A stretch of DNA of 64,000 nucleotides from contig CM082583.2 in NCBI GenBank assembly GCA_040954595.2, positions 9,038,254-9,102,253 of the forward strand, given 5' to 3'. Positions 1-44,954 of the stretch are shown here, one piece after another; the first letter of the stretch is position 1, and each line of letters starts with the position of its first letter. Origin of the DNA: Balanoglossus misakiensis. Taxonomy: Eukaryota; Animalia; Hemichordata. The notes beneath the pieces are model-generated. The model was not told the origin of the DNA. It saw only the letters and a program-made list of their open reading frames with translations, and did no database searches. The position numbers and the translations under genes are program-made.

Positions 1-3000
1 GAAATTACTGTTTATCAAAAAAATATGTGCCCAAACATTTGGTATTGATTGGTGATAAAAGTGACAGCGGATAACCTTTTGTGTTTTCGGAGTACGGCCT
101 CAGACTAAAGTGAGCTGACCTGTTTTTTTTTAATGCTGGTACGCTGTTGTGTTAGTGCTTATTCACATGGAAATGTATACACTGAATTGTAATAGATCCA
201 CTTTGGTGGAGCATCAATTATTGAACAATTGCCTTTGCTTGTTTTGTGTCATTACACTTCGTAATGGTTTCACTATTTCGCCCGTTCACTTCCTCCGCTA
301 TATGTATTGATCAGCGTTTACTTCTTTTAATTCAATTGGCGCGGACAAAAGACCCACGTTGGTGTTTGATTGAGTCGAGACTGATGTACGGCTGAGAGTG
401 CTTTGGTAGTTTAATCACAGGCGTACCAGCCATCCAGGAATTACCGGTAGCGTTATTAAATGTATAGCTTTTTACTGGACTGTAACATTTACTTAGTTCC
501 ATTTGGAGCAAATTGCCTTTGATTTCTTCTGGCAAAGCACACTAGCCAGGCACTAGGGCTCTCCACTGTTCAAATAAAGATTTGCACAATGATGAATGAC
601 TGGGATTGGTTTGTTTTCAGCTCGAAACCGCTTACACTGATACAAATTTAATAAGAAGCACTTAATTTAATATCGCTGCTGTTTTTCCATTCAAGCCTGA
701 CTGCTGCATTTGTTTTAGCGGCCTCGCGTTTGCGAGCAGCATATTTTTTCGCTTTGCGTCTCCCAATTGGCTAGGAGATCAGAATACACACTCAGTGGCG
801 TGATCGTTAGCGATAATGGCTTTTTGCGGCTGCCCCACTGGATTTAAGGTAGGTTGTAAGCTTTCTGCAGGTTACATGCGTGAAGGTGATCAACTCGAAG
901 CCTGGTGTTTACTCGAACGTCGGTTGAAGTGCCCGGCGTCGACGCGATCGACCACTCAGTCGCCATACATCATTCTGTTTTTATCCTCCCACAAAACGGC
1001 CAATTATTTGGATATAGTGTGAGGTCATCTTGCATGTGATGCTGAGCTTTGCATGCCCCCAGGCACTTAACAACATAAAAATAATCATATTAGTGTGTCA
1101 GAGCATGAGCGCAATGGATATTGATTTTTTTTTTTTTTGCTGGATGTGTGATGTAATTTATCCATGTCGATTTCTCAGTTGGCAGGTCATGTTGTTGAAT
1201 TTCCATGTAAAAACAGCTCGCTCTATTCAGATCATCAAAAATTTACGATGACCTTGATAATATGTATATTTTTGAAATCCCCTCAGAGTTCATTCACTGT
1301 GAGCTTTTATTTGAAGAATTCCACTCACAAAAAATAGTGATAAAAGCAAATAAAAGATAGCCCTGACGGGTGATCCGGGAGCCTGGCCTCTCAACTCCCT
1401 CCGGATGGTGCGCCATTCTCATTGAAAGAGAATCACATTAGCACAGTTTGGACAATGAAATTGAGCGCAGCATAGGTTCTCGGTAAATGTTCTGTTATTA
1501 TGTTTGGAGATGGGAAGTGTACATTTCATGCATAATTCATGCATAATTCACTCGCTGCTATTTGTACATTTTATGTGAACACTTTAAGCCGGTGTGGTTG
1601 GGATGTGCGTGACACTCGATCGCCTCGTCGTTGCGCTCTCTTTTCTGTCATCAATGTAATATCAACACATCGACGTCTCCCCCCAGTTTTTTCGAATCAC
1701 GCAGACTTCATTTTCTGTCCGGCTGTCTCTGGTCTCTTTCATTTTCATAAAATGTTATCGGCGGAGACTGGCATTTTTCATTTTGAGTGATGAGGCTGGC
1801 TGTGGTACGTATAGGGGATTAAGAGCCATTATGAGCTCGTAAGCCGTCTGAAACAAACAAATGAAAGTCATATTACGGCAGCCTTATGAAATTTACGAAA
1901 TCTGATGATGGATAATCCAATAAGCTATGTCGCTCCTGAGTGATTAAATCGTTGCTGCACTTCTGGTATTAATAACTCTTGCGACTGTCTGCTGGGTAGC
2001 TATCAATGACATCATAGTCTCTTGTTCATTTGAAGTATTTTCTTTCTGGGTGATTCATTTCAGACGTGCTCAGTAGTGCCTGTGATTTTCTGATGTATTT
2101 TTTTTTGTTGTTGTTCCAGGTTGATCTAGATAGGTCTGTGTTATCAGATTAGCTCTAAAGTCAGACTATAGAGGTATTATTTTTGTTTGACACTAGATTA
2201 ATTCTCTTCCATGGGGACTCTGATTATCACCATTCATTCCCATGATGCCATAATTCCCATGTGACCTGCGATAACATCTCACCATCCTCTTCCCAGGCTT
2301 ATTTTACGTGGCATTAAATTTTATCCCCTGCTCCATTTTTGTGTAATCAGATGCCGTAGTCCTGTGGGGATTTTTGTCACATAATTATCACGTAATTATT
2401 TCTCCTCCTTCAGCTTTTCTTATTGTCCAGTGCATGAAAGCATTACACGTTCCTGAACGTCACGATGTCCCCCACCATAAACAATGGCAGATCTGCTTGT
2501 TTTGCTGTGTGTGTGTGTTCACTTTATGTTGACCTGTTTTAACTGTCGATTATTGTGCACAATTGGATTTTATTCAGCACCAGTTCTGTAGGTTTGGAAT
2601 TAAATGAGCTTAAAGTTATAAATCCAATAGACGAAAGTTTGATTTTCAAAATCGTGTTTTAATCAAACTCCATATGTTGATGAGGCATCTGTGAATGACA
2701 TCAACATGCATTCATGTTTCATAAATAATTCCATAATTTCCAGATGGGTGAATTCCTAATATTGATTGAGAATATTAGTCCATAAATAATGCTGTTATTA
2801 CAATTTCATCTCTGTTTCATCTTGTTATTAAAATTTGATTATCAGTTATCGCCATGGCAACACTTGTGTCATTTATGTTTGTCCCTTTTTATCATTCAGT
2901 TTGAGTGGGATGGAATGAAATGAAATGACTGATGTTTGATGAAGGAAAGGTGGATGGATGGATGGATGGATGGGTTTGAGGGGGGAGGGAGGGAGTGAGG

Positions 3001-3559
3001 GGCATTGTTTTGAACCTGATATTAAACTTGACATTTCTTCTCACCAATAATCTCCACTCAGCATCTTAAAACCACAAGTCAGGAAAGCACTTTTTTTATT
3101 TCCCATTTTTTATAACCCAATTTGCAACCTGTACCAGGGTTTCAATACTGGTCTTCACAATGCCTCTATTATGCTAAAATGATTATAGATGATTCAATTT
3201 AATTTCAAGAGATATTGCCTGATTGCACACACATAATAACTCTCATTAGCATTTCGTCCTTCTTAATGAAAATGTTGACAACAATCAGCCATAATTTAGA
3301 TTAATATTGTGAGTGTTTACTGATGGCTAAAGCTTCTTTTGTGTCAGTCTCAATGCCAATAGTACTTCAGGAACATTTCTAATCATTAGATTTGCATGCA
3401 TGAATATGCAAATTGTGAAGGTGGATTAATTTCAAATGTGCTGGTCCATTATTGTGTAAATATTGAGAACAGTTGACAGTTTCAATTATCCACATACCAT
3501 GATGCCGTGACAGACAACTAGGATTGAGACAGACACTACAGGCAGACTTGTATGACTAC

Positions 3560-3611
3560 GGCTGTTAATGTACATTGCCGGCGATATGGCTGTAAATGTA
3601 CATTGCCGGCG
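3560..3611 (+). repeat. 28-bp tandem duplication
   Basis: GGCTGT(T/A)AATGTACATTGCCGGCG x2. Confidence 0.85.
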
Positions 3612-4199
3612 CGCGCGCCATATCGTAACGCTTAAAAATGTTACTTTCTATATAGTTTGCCACAATGTATTCTACTTTGATATTGATACCTATGGAAATG
3701 CCCATCTCCAGACATGAGTTTTCTAAATCACCGTTCTCTTGACTGCTTTTAGCGGACAGATGGTCCGAGACTTTTTGAGTTCATTAAAGTTGCAACAATA
3801 GTGATTGCAGAATGCTCCTGTGTTACGCACAAATTATTGTATTTTGTCACCACAAGGTGTACACAGTCGCGTGGCTTGACGTGCGGTTGATTCAAACGGT
3901 CGGCGGACTCCACGCACATTGCCAAATTCTTGATTTTTGTCCGTGTTAGGAGAGGGGTCAGCCTTCATGTCATCTTTGTAAATCTGTTATCTATATGCCT
4001 TCGACAAAAGATCATCGGTTTAAGATTTTCGTGAACATATTTTAAATTTTGGCTAGAGGTCTACTATTGTGCGGCTACCCTCCCTGAACCACTGTGGTTC
4101 AGTCCGCGTATGAAGTTGAGTGGTTCCTAATTAACAGACGTATCAACACGTATCAACTGCCATAGCTGGCATGAATTAGCAAATATTGATGATATACAT

Positions 4200-4700
4200 A
4201 GTTGACAACCAGGTCACGTATTTCAATATGCGACAGCAGGTCACGTATTTCAGTGTACGCATATCACGCGCGCGTGTGTGGCGACGCAAGTCTCTCTCTT
4301 TTTCTCTCTCTCTCCCCCCCCCCCTCCCTGTCTCTAATACCAAACCTGCTCACCCTATAATATTACCTGAAATAATAGTACATGTACCAAACCGTCACCA
4401 TTGACACGTGGTTTCTATCGCCTTGGCTGCGCCCCGAGGCGGTCGAGTTGTCATGGCAACCGGATGAAGCGCGCATCGACGATTTCTCCCCTTTTTTTGC
4501 AGTGCATTTACAAAGGCGAAGTTAGTGTTTAATAAATATTTCATATCGATGAAGAGCAGTCTGTACTCGGTATTAAAATCGAATAACGGCGTAGCTGAAG
4601 CGTGAAGCCTGCAAATGCTCTGAAAAAGCAAATTTGGGTGAGAAAACGACGGGGTGAATTAGCAGTAGCTATTTCTTTACATGGCGCCAGATTTTATTAT
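4200..4700. promoter_or_regulatory. second promoter-like element (distal or divergent)
   Basis: CpG-rich; CT tract; RFX X-box GTTGTCATGGCAAC 4447-4460 overlapping ETS ACCGGATG 4459-4466; YY1-like CATGGCG 4680-4686. Confidence 0.4.
4210..4252 (+). repeat. direct repeat CAGGTCACGTATTTCA x2 (27-bp period)
   Basis: Copies at 4210-4225 and 4237-4252. Confidence 0.8.
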
Positions 4701-6487
4701 GTCTCACTTTTACATCCGATGTAGCCTAACGAGGTTTTTCCTCCAAATTTTGATATAAATTATACGACGCGGGCGCATTTGTGGGCACTCAGGCAAAAGG
4801 GAGTCACTGGAGCAAAAAGGATCTGTTTGTCAGCTGCAGCCAATGGTTTTTTTGTGTGAGTAGCCGAACAAGTGCGTTGTTAGTATGGAAATCAGGTCGT
4901 TCAAGTAGCATCTTGTTGAATGGCGTACTCAGTTTTGTTTGATCCCCTGCCTGACAGACTCCTTAGGCATAATTTCAGCCTTTGGAGATTTCTCCTTTTT
5001 TTGTAGACGTCAGACGTCTGTAGAGTTTGCACTTTTCATGATTAGCCTGCCAAATATGGCACCATTGGCGTGGAATAAATGCGCGCGCAGAGGATGTCCA
5101 CTTCATTTCATCCGCTAGCTCGCAACTGACGACACTGCCAAAGTGTTTTCAATTTTTAATACAATCTTACTAATGCCGACACCCAACACTCAGCATAGGT
5201 TAATTAGTAATGCATGGAAGCTTTGAACACTCCATTTTGCTAAATACGCCTCGGTCGACAGAGGCCATTAGGGAAATGGCTCCCCTTTTATATACTGGAA
5301 ACTTTTCTTCACTTTCATATCTCTCTCTCTCCTCCAAGGAAATCTCGAATAACCCCCAGGGAAGTAACGGCGGTGCAAGTCGCGACAAAAGCGTAGTTAA
5401 TCTGTTATTAAGGGGATCGAGTATCGATACCATTGTCGGGAGAGAATTACTCTTCGGTCACGTGTCGATTATTATGAAATCATTAAAGGTGATCTCAAAA
5501 AAAACTTCAACATCTGTTTGCGACTCTAATACTTGACTGCTGTGGTCAGAGCTCAGCTTTTTCAAGGGTGTTTCTTTTCACTTTACCCCCGTGACAAACA
5601 GTTAACGGTCGGTATTTCTTTCGTCGCATTGCCAAATAAAGGGGGTTCGTTACACTTCGAATTTCATAGTGTTATTTTTTCAAGAACAAAAATCCATGTG
5701 ATTATAAAACAAAGCATCTTCCAAGGATGGTATGTATTTCAGCATATAGCGACTGGAAACGCGGCCGTTTACTAGATGCATAACGTGCCTGTGCATGCAA
5801 GGTAGATTACGCCTTATTTTATGGATTTGTCACGAAAATTAATTTGCACAGTAAACGCGGAGGACCATACCCGCGAACGTGCCTAGGTAGCTGTATGCCA
5901 GTTGCGTTCGGCGAACCCTGGGTACGGAAGACTGGGGTGCGATTGAAAGTTAAACATGTCGTGTCGATGGGGTTTGACACGTTCGATGGAAAGACGCGCA
6001 ATAAACTATATTTTTTCACGGTCCACGTACAGATGGAGTGGGTCGTATTATTGTATCGCTCGGCATGTGCTTTGCATGCGCGCGCTCTTTACTGAACAAT
6101 GGGGGAGACAATAGTGATTGTGTTCACTTGGGCGCTTGCACATTGTTGACGTAGCAGAGCACGCCGTGACGCAGTCGGTGACTTCATCAGTAGTAGCTGC
6201 ACAATTGTCTCAAGAAGATCTCTGCCATTCAAATCCGATGAACAAATAGGAAAAGTAGTTGAAATAACAGAATTCGCAAATTCTGAAGAGAAGAAGTAAA
6301 CAAGCGTGGATTATCATTGCATTGTCATGGAGACTCACCAGAGTTCATGCATTATTATTATTATAAGGCGGATAGTATGGGTCGATGAGATTTTAGAAGA
6401 ATGGACCATTATTTCAAAAACTAAACTAAAAAAGCCATGGCATTGGAGATATGTTTGTTATTTTTCTGTGTGGAACAGCCGTTTTAA

Positions 6488-6528
6488 AAGTAAATACTTT
6501 CAACGTTTTTAAAGTAAATACTTTCAAC
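6488..6528 (+). repeat. short tandem duplication AAAGTAAATACTTTCAACG x2
   Basis: Direct reading. Confidence 0.8.
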
Positions 6529-8349
6529 GAATCCGTGTTTTCTTACTTTCTCTGAAATGATAGATATACAACAGAAAGAGCCAACAGTTGCAAATCAACT
6601 CTTTTGTTGGCGGACGGGAGATGTTGGTGACAGCGCGCAGCGGCGCGCGCGTGCCATTCTTGCCGCGACTCAACTTTTCCTTTCAGAGATTCCAAGTTGA
6701 CCCCGTCCTAATTTGTGCACCCTTGGGATGGTCGAGCAGGATGTAGTTCTCTGATAAAAGCGCTGTGGAGCTTATGACAGGAAGGATATTCAGTATCTGT
6801 CACAGACGATAAACTGGACCAGGAAATCCAAGTTGATTTTTGAGTAAGAACACGTGAAATCGCGAAATCGATAAATTAGATGGAAGTTTTCGGGTGGACA
6901 TACATGATAACAAACAAAATGACCAAATATGCGCACCTACAATTGTGGACAAGGGAGGGGAAACTGTCTATGCCTACTTTCATTAGAAATGTCAACACAC
7001 GCGATGTTGTGAAACACGTAAGAATGCGTCAACTCGACCAGGCAATTAACACCGCCCACTTTAGGATACCTTGCCCAACCAGACTTTTTCATTGTGTAAC
7101 TTGTAAGCGTCTGTCTCATATAGCCACACTTTTTGCGACGAATCTTCAAAAAGTTAAATACTTTTTTCCCCAAAACTAGATTTGATATGCTTTTCCAAGC
7201 AAAGTACTACAGGTTATAGACCTGGTATAAACATAGCCACGTCAGACACTGGTGTCTACAATGGTATACGCTTCGTGCGAACATTCTATTTCGGTCTCTC
7301 TGGGATAAGCCTAAGTTTTTTTATGAGTTCGCGTTTCAGTCGTAAACACGGGCGACTAGCATATACGCCCTGGAGAAAAAGGTATTAACGACGCTTGTCG
7401 CGATATTTATAATTTAACGCGTACCAGATTTGACTGTGATATTTTAAAACATAAGCCTTTTTTGGAGATATACGCTTAATGTCCCTAAAATATCGTAGGT
7501 AGTGTCTCCCTGCTGTCTGCGCGCGGTATTAAGGCGATCGTTGCGCGCAAGCTGCGATTTATTTTTGTCCGTACGAAGGAGCATATGGTTGAAGTCCGAG
7601 GATCACTGTTGTACATGCGTATCATAGTCCCACTATCGAACCCTTGACAGACGGGTTGGTGTATACTCAAACTTTGGCCCAGCAGCGGTGAAGTTTTTGT
7701 TTATACTAGCCAGACGTCACGCCATAATCTCGTTTTGACGCTCAGCTTAACAAAATCTCCCACAAGCTCTTTGTAGGCAGATCTGGACGGTTTTTTACTT
7801 GATTTTGCATAGTAGTGGGGCTTCAAGCGTTAGTTATTAAATTATGACAGTAATATCTTCGCGATGGCAACGGCCCGTCTGTGTTGCTTTGAAGCCGTGG
7901 ATGGCGAGATTTATCACAAAAGCCGCAATGTAAATCCCCGATGTAAAAGTCGGCAAAATACAGCATCTGTTGCGTTCGCAGTGTGTACATCGCTAAAACA
8001 CTTGATTACATGCGTGTTTTGTCTTTGGTTTCTCCAACCGATTCAATCACATGACAGGTGCACACAACCCGGTGTTAGATTTCAGCAATACTTGCAAACG
8101 CTCGGATAAAGGGCGAATTTTCTGCTTCCCCGAAGCCTTAGTACGAACGAAACGTGATGGCGTCTTTCCGCGAGTAACCGTCTGCGGTGATGCAAAACCG
8201 TAATTTCCAGCGAGAAGTGCCCTCCTAGATCCTCTTTGGCCGATGTAAGCTTTGCGAGGCAATAAAGTTTGCACAACAAGCTGTCTTCCCCGTATAAGTT
8301 ATCAAATGAATTGTTCCATTTGCCACTTCAGGCACTTATAATCAGCTAA

Positions 8350-8840
8350 GCGTAGTGGGCGGATATGTCAACACAACCCACGTTACTTTGATTGACAATC
8401 GCGAGGTACCGCTTTCCGAGGGGAGTGATTGACAGCGCTGCTCATTATCGGATGAACCGCAGCTGTAGTGTGACAAATCCGCTAAACTGATTGGCTTAGA
8501 CATGTCGAGGCAGCGCAGACTCCGCCACACCACGTGGGATTCTTTACCGTGTGTGCTAATGGTGGTCATGTTTGATTGGTTTCGTTGATAGGGCCAATCA
8601 TTTATTTGCCTTATATGGCAAGTGTATTTGCCCTCCTTTTGTCGCTCTACATGAACCGCGTGTACAGATATACTTGTGTGTGGCATTTTCTCAGCGACGG
8701 CTATCGTTACGGCGTACGGACCCGTCCCGAATCGCGATTTACGGCCAGAATTCCGGCCCGCTTTCGCCTCTCCTCGGAGATATACGAAGAGTGAATGCTG
8801 AAGACGAGTGTGGCGCGTACAGTTCGTGGGAAAGTAGTGC
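8350..8840 (+). promoter_or_regulatory. groucho proximal promoter / 5' region
   Basis: CpG-rich. GC box 8357-8362; Pbx-Meis/Prep-type TGATTGACA(A/G) at 8389-8398 and 8426-8435; CCAAT boxes at 8490-8494, 8575-8579 and 8594-8598; E-box CACGTG 8531-8536; CSL/Su(H) site CGTGGGAA 8825-8832. Lies 200-680 bp upstream of the ATG. Confidence 0.65.
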
Positions 8841-9028
8841 GATAGGGAACATATCTACAGCAGTCTAATTGTCGGTGTGACTTACAAAAGCTTCACAACG
8901 TTTGTCAACTACAGCAAGTGATTCTCAACAAATAGAGCCAAGTCTGTGGTTCTCTGGAGTGACCCTACGATCCGCTTTTCTTGATTTGAAAAGTACCCAC
9001 TCCTTTGGAAATACGTCCTGGATTAACC

Positions 9029-42716
<33,688 letters not shown>

Positions 42717-44810
42717 AAAAACCCGAGACAGACTTTTGAAATGCCTGGACAATTGTCACCATGTTTAACATGGACCTGTACATTGCAACGTGAAATGTAC
42801 AAATGCAACGGAGATATTTATTATCATTGTATTTTGCTACAATATACAAAGTAACCCCAAAAAAATCAAAACCTTGTGCAGTTCCTCAAGTACGACAGTC
42901 AACCGTTTGCAGTTTATCAGATCAGCCCCTTTGATGTCTTTTAAGATTTCTACACACTGCAGTTTTTCCACGAGTTCTTGTTTATTCTGCCTTCATCGTG
43001 CGTGTGCGTGTTTGTGTATCCGAAGAACCTACTAATGTCATGGAAGACCACACAGTGTGCAACCTGTTCTCATCACAACAGCTACAGAGAAGAGCACATG
43101 CCACGTCCGTAGCTGAAAAGCGCCCTCTATAGTGTACGTCACCTCTCTCGCCCGCTTTTAGACGACAGCTGTTTTCTAGTCGCAGGTGAACAGGACTTAA
43201 TCTCTCTGATCGTGTGGTGGAAGATGTGTTCGTTCTCCACTGCTCTGCTGGTTCTTTTCTCAGGGACGTATTTTTCGTACGCAGTTCGACAGTGCGAAGG
43301 GGCCCCTGCTGCTGCTGTTCTACGACTGGCCCCCGGCACGTTTTATTTCACTCCACTATCTCCTTGTGTACTTCACCTTGATAATCGGAGGAGTTCTGTC
43401 TGTACAGCACCCCCCAGGTGTCATTCCAATTTTGACGCGAGCGGAGGTCGGCAGCGGCGCGCGACGGAATCCCCACCAACTGATGCAGATCGCGAAGTGA
43501 GGGCGCCGGACACACCGAGCGCTTAAAATCCCGGCAACGGATTCAGATTGTGAAGTGATGCAGGAGAAGAAGACCACCTGGCGTTTTAGTCAGATCCATG
43601 ACTTGTGCGAGCCAGACACTTGTTCTCATAAAAAGCCTTGCTGCAAACTGCAGACCTTAGAAAAAAACCCAAACCACAACGCATGCTCTGAAGACACCAG
43701 TCCACGTATACTGACTCTTAATTTTTGCCAAGTATTTCATAGTTAGCGCTTTGATGGCAGCAATGAACACTGAGTGATAGATATCTTGTACTCGGCTATT
43801 AAACCTTTATCTAAATTCTCCACCAACTACAATCCCCAACAGTACAATAATTCCCTACATATCCAAGTAAAAAAAACCTATAAATATATATAGATATATA
43901 TTTTTTGGCTGATAAAACTGCCTGTGTGTTTACTTTGTGGACTCAATTCAGATTTGTTTTGTTTCTTGTGATAACGTTGACAAGTTTATTTGTAAAATTC
44001 TTTTTTTTTTGCTTTTTAATGCAGTTTCAACACTAAATGTCAGTTTGGTGATGCTTTCCTCCAGTGTGAAGAAGACAACATGGCCGAGTTGTTTTCTTCC
44101 CTATGGGGGAAAGTATGTAAAGTTGAAAAAGGCACTGAGAGAGATGTTTAAAGACTTTTGCATTCTTCAATTTCTTTTTTTTTATATGTATGTGCGTCTC
44201 TCGCAACTTCTGAGGGAGAGATGCACTGGAAGTTTGAATGCGTTTTGCACCACGTCAAAGCGCGTGACGTTCCAAGACAGACTGTCACGCGATCAAGTTC
44301 TCTTTAATTTGTTGCACAGATTTTTTGCTGGAAAAAAAAATACTCGGATTTTCTTTCTTGCCTGTAAGTTAAAAAACAATGTAGATTTTTTTTCTATAGC
44401 TGTTCTCGTGTAAATAGCAGAAAAAATGTTCTTACTTATATGTAGGTCCAGCAATAGCCGGTTGACATAGCTCAAAACAGACAGATTTTTGTCGTCTCGT
44501 GAAAGCCGAACTGTTTGTTCCTAAGGCTACCTTTACACTCAATAGTGCAATTTTTAGCCCTCATTGTCACACTTACTCTTACAGTTGATGACGTAGTTGT
44601 CATGGAAACGAGTGTGTTTTTTGTAAGGGTATTGGAGGCCGTCGGTAGCTGATTCCTGCATTCTCTCTTGAGAGAGAGAGAAAGTGCGTTTTTGTTAGGC
44701 TGTGTATGTTACCAGTAGACACAAGTAATTTTTGACATGAGAAAAATGTTAAGTGGTGATGTTTTCTTGACATTTTCAGAATAAATTATCTAAGATTTTT
44801 TGCTGGTTTT
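42717..44810 (+). other. probable ~2.1-kb groucho 3' UTR ending after AATAAA 44780-44785
   Basis: Follows the stop codon; U-rich; AATAAA followed by a T/GT-rich tract. An ATTAAA at 43798-43803 is an alternative end. Confidence 0.55.
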
Positions 44811-44910
44811 TGTACAGAAAACGTTATCTCTGGTGTGATCTTTCTTAGCTTTCATTAGTTCCCCTGTCGGACTCTCTTGTGTGTGTGTGGGGGGGGGGGT
44901 GGGGGTGTGT

Positions 44911-44954
44911 GGCAGTTCTGAGAGATAAGCTACTGGCAGTTCTGAGAAATAAGC
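44911..44954 (+). repeat. 24-bp period duplication GGCAGTTCTGAGA(G/A)ATAAGC x2
   Basis: Direct reading. Confidence 0.8.

Noticed and set aside
6880-7179. 99-aa ORF upstream of groucho, checked for a HES/E(spl) neighbour as in Drosophila
   Set aside because: No bHLH, Orange or WRPW motif here, and none noticed elsewhere in 1-9000.
43212-43526. 104-aa ORF in the groucho 3' UTR with a hydrophobic N-terminus
   Set aside because: No family resemblance; lies in a GC-rich UTR segment where stop codons are rare.
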